A DNA stretch of 64,000 nt from a virus. Positions 11,301 to 19,707 of the stretch are shown in pieces. Below the pieces are notes generated by a model, which saw nothing but the letters and a program-made list of their open reading frames with translations, was not told the origin of the DNA and did not search any database. The translations under genes and the position numbers were made by a program. Where the stretch lies: IMG/VR virus record IMGVR_UViG_3300031414_000008, positions 1 through 64,000 of that record; one strand, 5' to 3'. The first letter of the stretch is position 1; the number at the start of each line of letters is the position of its first letter.

Positions 11301-12320
11301 GCTACCTTTTTCGACGTGCAGTGTGATGTTGCGACGCACACCGATCCCGCCTTCACCCTTAGAGGATTTGTCGGTGGACAGCTGCTTCTTCGCGTAGTCG
11401 ACGGCCTTCTGGAGACCGAAATCGTGCTCCACGAGGTTCGCAACCCACTCGTCTTCGTTCTCGACCGGATCTTCCAGGCCAAGCTTGCCCGCCCACAGCA
11501 TGTCGTAACGCAGGATCGCGACCAACCCGTTCTTCAGAGCGTGATCACCCCCGGCGTAGTGAGCCTTGCCGCGGACCGTCTTGGTCTCACCGTCTGGAAG
11601 CCAGTTCGGGTTACCGATAGCGGTACGGTAATCCGCCAGGTCCCAGATGATGTACTCGGCGCCACCGATGCCGGTACGACGATGATAACCCTTGGTCACT
11701 GCCAGTGTGCCCGCAGTCAGCGTCGTTGAGGCCATCATGTCAGCGACGGTGTCGAAGGTCAGCGTTGATGGGCGTGCCACGGCGCTTTGAACGCCGAGGT
11801 AATCGACGATGGCTTGAGGTGTGGTCTTGGTCAGAAGCGTACGGCCTGTCGGGGTGATCGTGGTCACGCCAGCAGTCTGTGGCCCTGTGAAGTACGGGAA
11901 GGTGTCGGCCTTCGGAACAACCTGAGAGAGTGCCGTCAGGGTTGACGACCACGGTTGTGCCCCGGCGCTTGGCAGGTCGGTCACGATTCCAGAGATACGA
12001 ACGGTATAGTCCAGAGAAGGGTTAAGGATCCATGCAATCGTCGAAACAGTCAGAGAGGTGCGAGGATCAGCGTAGAAGCGATCACTCTGTTGTAAACGGC
12101 CGCCGTCGAACTCAATGGTGATATCCGCGGTGATCAAGTAGTAATAGATCGCGATCTCTTCAACGAGGTTGACCCCGAAGAGATCGAAAGGTGCTTGCTT
12201 TCGTTGTTCTACAGAACCAAAAAAGTAGACATCCGGAAGCGACAGGGTCTGCCCCGCCCGATAAGTCGTCTGGCCAATCTTCTGGTCTGAGTTAAACGTT
12301 AATTTGATAGTGCTGACCAC
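8358..12320 (-). CDS. Tailspike/depolymerase-like fibre protein
   Basis: 1320 aa; shared N-terminal module; FDTVADM...TKGY...GIGGAEY tailspike-like segment; GLQKAVDYA...KGSYVLTKTCWVPANVYLCG resembles the start of a pectate-lyase-like beta-helix; three C-terminal beta-sandwich-like modules. Confidence 0.7.
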   Translation of the reverse strand: MVSTIKLTFNSDQKIGQTTYRAGQTLSLPDVYFFGSVEQRKQAPFDLFGVNLVEEIAIYYYLITADITIEFDGGRLQQSDRFYADPRTSLTVSTIAWILNPSLDYTVRISGIVTDLPSAGAQPWSSTLTALSQVVPKADTFPYFTGPQTAGVTTITPTGRTLLTKTTPQAIVDYLGVQSAVARPSTLTFDTVADMMASTTLTAGTLAVTKGYHRRTGIGGAEYIIWDLADYRTAIGNPNWLPDGETKTVRGKAHYAGGDHALKNGLVAILRYDMLWAGKLGLEDPVENEDEWVANLVEHDFGLQKAVDYAKKQLSTDKSSKGEGGIGVRRNITLHVEKGSYVLTKTCWVPANVYLCGGETWGNGGRDVDFIPLKPHLGGNLGGFIRGYMFIFNGNRNLASLPADIPPGSTPAETIYIAAYVGGWSGINLNNYETDYGKKPDGSIDWYAPNYLKGIKGAMVFGGGIFYCSSGNRMTIMYHRPGVDWLDYYTDGWQIFDYKANTPFENEEYQLDFNGSGDVIRVEQIQFPVNHPPKDKSEPWPDGEYLNGVVKGIRLHNWASWNIQPPGQGGSNEDVSYVGAGMQISRVINGAIAIYGYDQVSIDACHFEFGQVNLYSGSATITNSYFSKITGARYNSINCFTGPYGGFGAQLTLDSCQFHRGFDGAHMPVEDGYYDLVTNNNYTVTIRNSYQGWNTASTNNPVGLTVGYAEGNEGDPISPLPGWERWSAYLSDDAKIVRGKLVPQERIVSWNGLEGVQDVYCTKVASPLCWDLETGIDLYYYCQYLADVGDDTVAPDFIPLGKNQRERFVLDAQGNPTTERFEAHVFLKNPEMITVGSNDPYMTWYRPIPVFYGENETPDTGTLRLYRGRNPYQYTEYVDLPMMSRTGADDYGTTCFGRKWKPNPMPIDTTADLKVRKRNVLPVRGMENTNYRLHIRAGRPLAEPIDLGNDFYGRPEKQYFGTGGWEIDKSVEIIRASNKAVNAAVEGVQDSITIYDRPFEADVYVALGVTGSLSWDGVTKRVYKKGQRATIVRTKDTLAEGETKANKALWLEVRDENENLTFNYNIGPGEIITAIYDEKDVLVGGKYVTKGEWIVVNHAPAADIPAPYLYIEAEGDGYYNLMPKGVVETVSIWNKTNTEDVYSAVHTYDPPGCRLRITRGPAQTGPFYLLVQNEEYENVQTIAINQTNSTITFIKKESGWEMEGYTTDKDVFYGDCGTEQYKNLTPPVGMKRAYFTFTQPLPWGDTGVHRLTHEDSTVPVPAGTFCKLYWAKTATLASGGMVIRESNDAGDIDLVTLTAPGQSAEFLYDGTHWHVVGGYN

Positions 12321-12341
12321 GTGGATCTCCTATACATTAAC

Positions 12342-12364
12342 AAAAAAGGCCCCCGAAGGGGCCT
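12342..12364 (-). terminator. Rho-independent terminator
   Basis: AGGCCC(C)-TTCG-GGGCCT then T run. Confidence 0.85.
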
Positions 12365-12368
12365 CGGA

Positions 12369-13226
12369 TTAGGCTGCAGTGACGGTGACTGTTCGGTTGG
12401 CAGATTTACCACCAGAGTTGGTAGTAAAGGTGACGACTGAAGTACCTTCAGATACGCCTGTGACGGTACCGTCCTGTGCAACGGTCGCTACTGCAGGGGT
12501 GGCGGAAGCCCACACGCCGGTCTTGTCAGTAGAGTTCGCTGGGGTGATGGCAGCCGTCAGTTTAACGGTCGCACCTACCACACAGGTCGGGGATGCTGGG
12601 GATACAGATACGGAAGTCGGAACGATTACGGCCACCGCGATTACCGCAGCAGTCGTGCCAACTTTACCACCGTCGGTAGTGGTGAAGGTGATGTTTGCGT
12701 TACCCTCAGCAACACCAACCACTTTGCCCGTCTGATCAACGGTCGCGACAGCAGTGTTAGAAGACGCCCACACGCCAGTCTTGTCAGCCGCTTCGGCTGG
12801 AAGAATGGTCGCGGTCAGGGTCTTGTTGGCACCGACATCGATGTTCACGGTCGCATCACTCATGGTAACGCCGGTCACGTGAATAATGCCGTCATCCAGA
12901 GACCACAGACCGTTGGTTACGCCTGAAGCGATCCAACCTGGGAAGTCCACTTCGTCAACGTAGTCGTAAACCTTACGAGCCACGAACTCAGCGTCTTTCT
13001 TGTATTCCAGACCCAGAACGTTAACGACGATATCGCCCTTAACCTTATAGGTGTCGTCCTTTCCGGAAACTGCTTCGATCTGATCAGCGTCCAGCAGGAC
13101 CTGAATACCGGTGGAAACCTTCTTCACTTCATGGTGAATCAGCGTCTTGTGCACCTCAACGGTGTCACCGGCTTGATAATCCATCCCGACAATCGAGACA
13201 GGCTTAAGGATATTGAGTTTTAACAT
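12369..13226 (-). CDS. Ig-like (Big_2) domain virion protein
   Basis: Two tandem repeats VTGVT...LTATILP..A.DKTGVWAS....VATV...G.V.GV.EG...(I/V)TFTT..GGK typical of bacterial Ig-like group 2. Confidence 0.85.
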   Translation of the reverse strand: MLKLNILKPVSIVGMDYQAGDTVEVHKTLIHHEVKKVSTGIQVLLDADQIEAVSGKDDTYKVKGDIVVNVLGLEYKKDAEFVARKVYDYVDEVDFPGWIASGVTNGLWSLDDGIIHVTGVTMSDATVNIDVGANKTLTATILPAEAADKTGVWASSNTAVATVDQTGKVVGVAEGNANITFTTTDGGKVGTTAAVIAVAVIVPTSVSVSPASPTCVVGATVKLTAAITPANSTDKTGVWASATPAVATVAQDGTVTGVSEGTSVVTFTTNSGGKSANRTVTVTAA

Positions 13227-13240
13227 TCTGATTCCTCTAA

Positions 13241-13264
13241 TAAAAAACCCCCTTTCGGGGGTTT
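13241..13264 (-). terminator. Rho-independent terminator after the MCP gene
   Basis: AAACCCCC-GAAA-GGGGGTTT-TTT. Confidence 0.85.
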
Positions 13265-13293
13265 CTGAAAGGTTCCCTTAAGAACCGGCTGGA

Positions 13294-14217
13294 TTAGACC
13301 AGGTCGACCTTGCCCAGTACGAAGCCCTTAGCGTTACCGATACCGATACCGATGCTTTCGTAGATCTGGAACTCGATCATGTCAGCTTTCGCTTCCAGGA
13401 ACACAGTTGGCTCCTGCAGGCTGTAGAACTGACCCAGGTATTCTTCCGGAGCGAACACCGCCACTACGTCACCCAGGTTCTGGCCTGCTACTGAAGACAG
13501 GATGTCACCCTTGATGGTAGTGATGATTTCGAAGCCGTAGAAGCTGTCCATTGAGCCGGTGTTGAAGTGCTTGGAAGCAACTGCATCACCCAGCTGGGTT
13601 GCTGGCTCACGAAGCATCTGCAGGTACAGAGCGTGAGACATCAGGATCTTACCTGGCTTCTGGTGGTCCTTAACCAGAGTCTGGATCAGGCTCATCACGC
13701 GGTCGGTGATGCGATCACCAGTTGCGGTAATGAATTCTGAACCACGTACGTTCTTCTGGATCTCCTTCAGGCCAGCGAAGAAGTTTTCGTCTTCTTGCTT
13801 CTGAACGTCCTTAACGGAGTTCTCCTGCAGGATGTTACGGATGTCCGTACGGTAAGTTGCCAGTTCGAACTTCGACTTAACGAAACGCTCTGACTGGATC
13901 TTATAGAACGGAACTTCGTAACGCTTACCGGTGAAGTAACGCACGGTAGGCTGACCAGACAGACTCATGGTCGCAGCCGTTGAGTCTGGTTCCTTCTCGA
14001 TGATCACACGTGGTTGATCATCCAGACCACGGTCCAGGTCGGACGCAGTGATCATCTGAGGAGTCAGAATCTTACGGGTGAAGCCGGTTTCACGCAGCTT
14101 CTGGCGAACGAACGCAGACATTGCTGCACCCGCTTCTTTAACCATACCCTGATCGATCTTGTCGATGAAGGATTGGTTGATGAACTGAACGTTTACTGTT
14201 TCTACTGGGATTGTCAT
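13294..14217 (-). CDS. Probable major capsid protein (HK97-like fold)
   Basis: 307 aa, strong AAGGAG RBS, highly biased codons, followed by a terminator; K.KFEL....DI.......KDVQKQED.NFF resembles the HK97 spine helix region; lies after decoration/scaffold/protease-like genes. Confidence 0.7.
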   Translation of the reverse strand: MTIPVETVNVQFINQSFIDKIDQGMVKEAGAAMSAFVRQKLRETGFTRKILTPQMITASDLDRGLDDQPRVIIEKEPDSTAATMSLSGQPTVRYFTGKRYEVPFYKIQSERFVKSKFELATYRTDIRNILQENSVKDVQKQEDENFFAGLKEIQKNVRGSEFITATGDRITDRVMSLIQTLVKDHQKPGKILMSHALYLQMLREPATQLGDAVASKHFNTGSMDSFYGFEIITTIKGDILSSVAGQNLGDVVAVFAPEEYLGQFYSLQEPTVFLEAKADMIEFQIYESIGIGIGNAKGFVLGKVDLV

Positions 14218-14230
14218 CGTGTTCTCCTTA

Positions 14231-14710
14231 TTACGCTACGTGGATCACGAGGGCTTTCTTGCCATCGGCCAGAGTTTCAACTTCCAGAACGGTACCCAGC
14301 ACCGGATCGGAAGCGCCAGCTTTGCCGAACACGCCAGTAGCAGCGGTGTTAACGGTGTCGCCTTCGACGTAAGTTACAGCGTCGTCGAACGCAGTGGTGC
14401 GAACGATATAGCCACTGAACAGTACGATACAGGTGTTTCCGCCACCTACTACTGCAGTGCCTTCGCCGGAAGCGATGCCGCCTGCAACACGCACGGATTT
14501 GTCATCGGCTGGGCCGCGGACAACGATACCCACACCATGGGCTTTACCAGCAGCGTTGACTTTCGCAACCTTGCCGCCAGCAACCGGAAGAACCAGGTCA
14601 CCGTTAGTCAGGGTAGCGTCGTCGCTGCGGTAGTTCATGTGAAGCCCATTAGGACGTGGCCATCCTTTCAGGAACTCCGCACGGTATTCTAATTGAGGCA
14701 GTCTGCTCAT
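14231..14710 (-). CDS. Probable capsid decoration/cement protein
   Basis: 159 aa Gly/Val-rich beta protein immediately upstream of the MCP candidate. Confidence 0.55.
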   Translation of the reverse strand: MSRLPQLEYRAEFLKGWPRPNGLHMNYRSDDATLTNGDLVLPVAGGKVAKVNAAGKAHGVGIVVRGPADDKSVRVAGGIASGEGTAVVGGGNTCIVLFSGYIVRTTAFDDAVTYVEGDTVNTAATGVFGKAGASDPVLGTVLEVETLADGKKALVIHVA

Positions 14711-14730
14711 TAAATCTTCTCCTGGTTAAC

Positions 14731-15249
14731 TTATTGGGTCAAGAATGCTAGCAGCGGATCGGCTGCGGATGCACTCTGACGGGTTGCTTGCCCAAGATCC
14801 CATGGATCCTGATTGGCGCTAGCGATCTTGCTCAGTGTGTCTTCTGGTAAGGATTTTAATGCCTCCAGGTCTGATTCACTGAACTGGCCCTTAGATTTTA
14901 ATACATCGATCTGCGGGCTTACGGAAGCGGCTTTCACGAACTCAGCAACTTTGTCTTCACTACTTTGTAGTTTAGCACCGAGTTCTTCGATTACAGTGGC
15001 AACTTTTTCAAGAATACCGGCCTGCTTTTCGAATTCCGCAGCGTGATCAAGCATTTCAGCCGCGTGAGCTGGAGTGTGTTGCACTTCCAGGTCATTCAGC
15101 ACGGAACCGATCTGCTCTTCGCTCACGCCCTTATCTGCCAGTGATTTTAACGCAGCTTCTTTAACTAGCGAAAAATCATAGGCAGAGCGGAGAGTATTTG
15201 CCTTCTCACGAAGATCACCAGCTCGGTTACGAAACAGTTCTGTATTCAT
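14731..15249 (-). CDS. Head-cluster coiled-coil protein with K-x-A motifs (scaffold/inner head candidate)
   Basis: Start moved to ATG 15249 (AGAGG RBS); motifs LVKEAA, FEKQAG, LEKVAT, FVKAAS, LSKIAS. Confidence 0.75.
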   Translation of the reverse strand: MNTELFRNRAGDLREKANTLRSAYDFSLVKEAALKSLADKGVSEEQIGSVLNDLEVQHTPAHAAEMLDHAAEFEKQAGILEKVATVIEELGAKLQSSEDKVAEFVKAASVSPQIDVLKSKGQFSESDLEALKSLPEDTLSKIASANQDPWDLGQATRQSASAADPLLAFLTQ

Positions 15250-15262
15250 AGGTCCTCTCTGG

Positions 15263-15892
15263 TTAAATGCTACCGTTCTGCTTACGGTAATTATACACTG
15301 CAGCACGCCCTGCGGCGCCATCCAAGTGTTCATCGGCGACGTGAGTCACTCCGAGACCTACACCTGCAGCAGTTGTTCCTGCAACGATTTTAGTCGCAAC
15401 CGGGTTGGTTCGTCCCTTAAGACGAGCGAAGGCCAGTGCACGACTGTATAAACCGGATGACTTTTGCATTCCACCAATCGAGGCACCGGTTGCTACCCCA
15501 GCAGCGCCGGCCGTAGCCATTGCCGTTCGAGGATTAGCCTTGATGGCTCCACCGACACGTTTCGCCAAGGCCGAGGAACGGGCAGTGTTACCTGTTCGGG
15601 TAACAAAGCCGCGAGCCCCGGAGATTCCTGAGCGAATGAAATCGGCAACTCCCGCTTGCTTCTTCAGCTGGTCGGTACGGCCAAGGTGGTACATGTCGAC
15701 TTGAGCTGCAGCGGAACCGCTATAGCCACCTGCGACGTGTCCGGCAGCGAGGCCACCGCCGATTGCGAGAGGGGAAATGCTTTTAATTGGGCGATATGCT
15801 TTCTGAATAGCTTTACCTGCACGGGCTTTTTGCGTCTTGGCAAAAGCGAGAGCAGACTTAGCGGCATCCAGAGCGGATGATTCTTTTTGCAT
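15263..15892 (-). CDS. Basic Gly/Ala-rich head-cluster protein with hydrophobic segments
   Basis: Start ATG 15892 (GAGG RBS); three Gly/Ala-rich hydrophobic stretches separated by K-x-A/S motifs (LKKQAG, MQKSSG). Confidence 0.7.
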   Translation of the reverse strand: MQKESSALDAAKSALAFAKTQKARAGKAIQKAYRPIKSISPLAIGGGLAAGHVAGGYSGSAAAQVDMYHLGRTDQLKKQAGVADFIRSGISGARGFVTRTGNTARSSALAKRVGGAIKANPRTAMATAGAAGVATGASIGGMQKSSGLYSRALAFARLKGRTNPVATKIVAGTTAAGVGLGVTHVADEHLDGAAGRAAVYNYRKQNGSI

Positions 15893-15934
15893 ACACACCT
15901 CAGGGAAAGAGCCCTCCGAAGAGGGCATCAGGGA

Positions 15935-16702
15935 TTACTCGCCAGCGATTGCTGCGTTAACAGCGGCAACAGCGTCTTCCAGGTTATAGCCTTCGGCTAC
16001 CAGGTCGTTCACAGCAGCAGCTTTTTCCAGATCGGTGTATTCACCTTCTGGCAGTTCCTGAACGCAAGCCTGCTTAACCAGCTCGACGGCGTCAGCGAAG
16101 TCGATACCGTTGTCGATCAGGTGGTTTACCGCAGCAGCTTTTTCCAGGTCAGCTTGCATCATTACGGATGCTTCTTTAACCAGTTCAACTGCTTCTTCGA
16201 ACGGTACGCCGTCAGAGATCAGAGCTGACAGGGTTTCAGACGCCTGCTTGTCCAGGTTTGAATCGATCGGAGCACGACCTTCGGTCTGGGCGCCACCTTC
16301 AGCAGCAACAACCTGTGCAGGATGTTCTGGAACGTGAGTCCCGCCGTTTGCACCAGCACGAGCCAGCAGGTCTTTCGCTACTTCGCTAACGGTTTTGCCC
16401 GCTACCGGAGTTGGTACGATCTTAGCGTCGTCCTGAGCCTTCATGGTTGCAGTTTCAGCGATGACGTTGTTTTCAGCTTGCTTCTGCAGGCCGTTCAGGC
16501 TAGCCAGGATGGAATCGGCGATTGCCAGGCCAGCCTGTTCGTGTGCACTCTTAGTCATGGTATTGTCTTCTCCAGCGTTGTTTGAGAGAGCCTGTTCCAG
16601 CTCGGTTGCTGCATCCACAGCGGATGCTTGTTTGGTCATCTGATCGGCTTCATCCTGTACGGTGATCTTCTCAATCAGGTTATCCAGTGATAATACACTC
16701 AT
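15935..16702 (-). CDS. Putative scaffold/inner-head protein
   Basis: Acidic, helical, internal repeat LEKAAAVN.L...G....DAV; eight K-x-A motifs; start ATG 16702 (GGAG RBS). Confidence 0.7.
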   Translation of the reverse strand: MSVLSLDNLIEKITVQDEADQMTKQASAVDAATELEQALSNNAGEDNTMTKSAHEQAGLAIADSILASLNGLQKQAENNVIAETATMKAQDDAKIVPTPVAGKTVSEVAKDLLARAGANGGTHVPEHPAQVVAAEGGAQTEGRAPIDSNLDKQASETLSALISDGVPFEEAVELVKEASVMMQADLEKAAAVNHLIDNGIDFADAVELVKQACVQELPEGEYTDLEKAAAVNDLVAEGYNLEDAVAAVNAAIAGE

Positions 16703-18177
16703 TTTAATCTCCTGCAATGGCGTTTAATGGAATCTTCCATTAGTTTAACAGTAACACCCGCGGATTTCACGATTGCGGTGGACACTGGCATTTTAAGCCA
16801 CGTGCTTTCTTTTTTGAGTTTACGCTCTACGAGGCCAGAAATCATCATTTTGGCGACTAAAGCGGACCCAGCAATCGTTAGCAAGGTGTTCAAGAGAGTC
16901 GAACTCTCGCCTGTTTCCTGAGGGATTTCCATCTTGGATGGTGGCAGTCTGCCAAGCTCCCAGTTGGTGTAACCTGAAGGAGCTCCAGGTGTACCGACGA
17001 CGTACCGTGATGCACGCTTCTCTACCATGTCAGTACGATAGGACGAACCTTCGATGTATCTGACTAGTAGTTTAAGCAGCATTGGGGACGCGTCTTTCTC
17101 TTCGATCTCCGGAATATTCTCCAGGTCGATCGGGAGGCCTGCGGGACCGACGTGATCCGCAACCGCCATTGCCAGGTCACCCAGATGTGCCTTGCCCAGG
17201 TACTTCTTCGCGAAGAACTTGGACCAGAAGGCCATCGACGGGTTGATACCCAGTTCGGCAAAGGCGTTCAGAACCTCGACGAACGGATAGTCATGAATAA
17301 CCTCAATGATCCCGTCATCCGGGTCCACGACGCTATCCAGAATTGCGTCTAACCGATCGTTTGCACCCACCACGTCACCGTCCACGTGCTTAATCAGGTC
17401 GGCCAGTTTCTCAACGGCTTCCTTCTTAATGCCAGCTTCAACGAGTTCCGGACGTTCCTGATACTCAACGCCGTCGGCCAAAGCGGCTTCGGCAGATGAG
17501 ATCACACCCTGGTGGTTGGCGACTTTCTCCAGAACGGAAGACGTGATGTCTGCCGGACGGATAACGATCGAGATGTCAAAGAACTTCAGCGGACCGAGGT
17601 TCAGAGCCATCACTTTGCGGCCGTCAGGGAACAGTGTGTTGAGCTGCGTGGTTAAGTGCGTGCAGTACTCTTGACGAGTATGGGCTTTGTTACCACAGAT
17701 GGAGCACACGTCAAACGGTGTATTACACGCCATGGAGGTCGCCGGGTATTGGCCTAGCTCTGTGATCTTATAGTACTCGTCTGCCGCGAGCGTCTTGCTA
17801 GCTTCAACGATGAGCTCAACACGATGCATGCGATGGTTGTAGTACGAGAAGATAACCTTGCCGATGGCCTTGGCCGGGTCCTTGTTAACGTGGTGGCGGA
17901 ATAGGTGGGCAGGTGACGTCTCGAATGTCTTGTGCCATCGGATCAGCTGAGCCTCTGGGAAGTAGTCACCGTTTCTGTTCGAGCCGTAGTATTCGCCGGC
18001 ACCCATAGCATTGATGTGCAGATAGAAAAACCCGTCACGGACTTTGATGTCCTTAACGAAGTCGTCAATCTCTGCAGCAGCAGCCTGTTTGGTTAGGCCG
18101 CCTGTTTCTTCAAACAGCAGTGTCACAGCACCGAGTTCAACGTGACCCGGGTGACGGCTGTCGAGTAGCTTATCCAT
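16699..18177 (-). CDS. Putative prohead maturation protease with Cys/His zinc-ribbon-like segment
   Basis: Position upstream of scaffold/MCP; SNRNGDYFP, FRHHVN and SMAC motifs suggest a His/Ser prohead-protease-type set; CNTPFDVCSICG...YCTHL. Confidence 0.55.
   Translation of the reverse strand: MDKLLDSRHPGHVELGAVTLLFEETGGLTKQAAAAEIDDFVKDIKVRDGFFYLHINAMGAGEYYGSNRNGDYFPEAQLIRWHKTFETSPAHLFRHHVNKDPAKAIGKVIFSYYNHRMHRVELIVEASKTLAADEYYKITELGQYPATSMACNTPFDVCSICGNKAHTRQEYCTHLTTQLNTLFPDGRKVMALNLGPLKFFDISIVIRPADITSSVLEKVANHQGVISSAEAALADGVEYQERPELVEAGIKKEAVEKLADLIKHVDGDVVGANDRLDAILDSVVDPDDGIIEVIHDYPFVEVLNAFAELGINPSMAFWSKFFAKKYLGKAHLGDLAMAVADHVGPAGLPIDLENIPEIEEKDASPMLLKLLVRYIEGSSYRTDMVEKRASRYVVGTPGAPSGYTNWELGRLPPSKMEIPQETGESSTLLNTLLTIAGSALVAKMMISGLVERKLKKESTWLKMPVSTAIVKSAGVTVKLMEDSIKRHCRRLK
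16741..16747 (-). promoter_or_regulatory. TAAACTA late-type motif (inside the 3' end of the protease gene)
   Basis: 38 nt upstream of ATG 16702. Confidence 0.5.
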
Positions 18178-18216
18178 ATGGGTTCCTCTGTGGGCCCCTT
18201 TCGAGGCCCTGTTATA

Positions 18217-18771
18217 TTACAGTGAGAAGTTACGTGCAGTCAAGGGAGTTCCAGTACTGCGGCGAGATTCCAGCTCAGCCAGCATCTTCACGGTCTGGAT
18301 GTCGATGTTACCTTCCTGGCGGATGGCGTTCGACAGTACCTGGCCCAGGATGTTCGGGTCGGTAGACACGTTCGGTGCGGTCGAGTAGATTGAGTCAGCC
18401 AGTGACTTCACTCGTTCCTGGTCGGCGTGTTGCAGGACGGCGTTACGGGAAATCGCCATACGCAGAGCGGCTTCGAACTTCGAACGGTTCATCCCGCCAG
18501 CAATCATACGCACGGCGCCCAGACCCGCAGCGACGCCCAGGCCGCCCAGCAGAGGGATAGCTGTAGACGCGATCGCCTTCGGTGCTTCTTTGGCCAGAGA
18601 CTGCATGAAAGACAGCTGTGGTTGTTCAGCAGCTGACTTCTCAAAGTTTTCCATCGTCAGATCGACGAAACGGTTCTGCTCTTCGCTCAGTTCGGTAACG
18701 CCAGCCTGCTTGCACAGACCTTCGACCAGGCCTTCACGCAGGCCTTTCAGTAATTCTTCATTCTGGTTCAT
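18217..18771 (-). CDS. Head-cluster protein with K-x-A motifs and a Gly-rich hydrophobic helix
   Basis: 184 aa; LCKQAG, FEKSAA, LAKEAP, then AIPLLGGLGVAAGLGAVRMIAGG. Confidence 0.75.
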   Translation of the reverse strand: MNQNEELLKGLREGLVEGLCKQAGVTELSEEQNRFVDLTMENFEKSAAEQPQLSFMQSLAKEAPKAIASTAIPLLGGLGVAAGLGAVRMIAGGMNRSKFEAALRMAISRNAVLQHADQERVKSLADSIYSTAPNVSTDPNILGQVLSNAIRQEGNIDIQTVKMLAELESRRSTGTPLTARNFSL

Positions 18772-18780
18772 GGTAACCTC

Positions 18781-19707
18781 TTAGTTATGTAAACTGCTCC
18801 AAACGTCGTTCTTCGGAGCGGAGGAACGTGAAATCTGAGCGACTTCAGGTCCTGCCATAGCGACTGTACCACCTAGTTTAACGCCCTTACCGACGCCAGC
18901 CATTCCAGGTTTAGCGCCACGCAGCACAGTTCCAGCAGCACGGATCACGGAGCCGATGAAGGCTTCTTTGTCCATCCCCGCCGGGCAGATCTCTTCGGCA
19001 ATCTTCATCAGACGGGCCTCGAGGCTCTTGTGGTCAGCGGACGCTTGCTTAGCGAAGCCAAGCTGAGAAACCAGGGATTGCACGTTCAGGAGGTCTTCCG
19101 GACGATGCGGGACGGTGGCCGAAGCTTCCTTCACGTGACCGAACACTAAGTTGCAGAGCTCACCGTACTTCTGTGAGTCACCGGCGGTCAAGGCAGCGAT
19201 CTTGCTCAGTGCGTCAGGGTCTTTCCCAACGGCAGCTGCTGTCTTCAACAGGCCTTCCACGATGTTCTGCTCTTCGATGTCCATTGCCTTCAGGCGGTCA
19301 CGGCCGGAATAGAACTCACGCTCCAGGTGGATGCGGGCTTCTTCCGGTGACGGTTGCCACTCTACGGCGGACGCCACTTTCTCCATAGGCTCGGCTAAAA
19401 GAGAGAGCGGACTTGGCTTGCGGGCAGATGCAGTCTTCTCGATAGACGGTGGGGTCATGATCGCAGTGATCACGTCCTCGTAGCTCGCCAGCGGGAATTC
19501 TGCGGTCTTGTCCATTGAGGTGTGTGGCCCTGACAGGTATGCCAGTTGGTTCACGGTCTCAACGAGACGAGCCGTTTGTTCGGCATTGAGCTGATTCTCG
19601 CTCGCTACCTTAACGATCCCGTCGGTCAGGGGTACACCCCCGGTGCGGAAGGCTGCAACAACCCCCGCTCCGACGTTCTTAAGAAAATCTACTGACATAT
19701 CCATCAC
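18781..19707 (-). CDS. Head-cluster protein with nine K-x-A motifs
   Basis: 308 aa; KVAS, KTAE, KTAS, KVAS, KTAA, KEAS, KQAS, KIAE, KEAF. Confidence 0.75.
   Translation of the reverse strand: MMDMSVDFLKNVGAGVVAAFRTGGVPLTDGIVKVASENQLNAEQTARLVETVNQLAYLSGPHTSMDKTAEFPLASYEDVITAIMTPPSIEKTASARKPSPLSLLAEPMEKVASAVEWQPSPEEARIHLEREFYSGRDRLKAMDIEEQNIVEGLLKTAAAVGKDPDALSKIAALTAGDSQKYGELCNLVFGHVKEASATVPHRPEDLLNVQSLVSQLGFAKQASADHKSLEARLMKIAEEICPAGMDKEAFIGSVIRAAGTVLRGAKPGMAGVGKGVKLGGTVAMAGPEVAQISRSSAPKNDVWSSLHN

Noticed and set aside
13226-13294. Possible frameshift or readthrough fusion of MCP to the downstream Ig-domain gene
   Set aside because: A strong terminator and an independent RBS separate them; no slippery site seen.
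15288-15296. TATAAT on the minus strand upstream of the 15249 gene as a host promoter
   Set aside because: No -35 and no TGn extension; may be a late-motif variant but cannot be supported.
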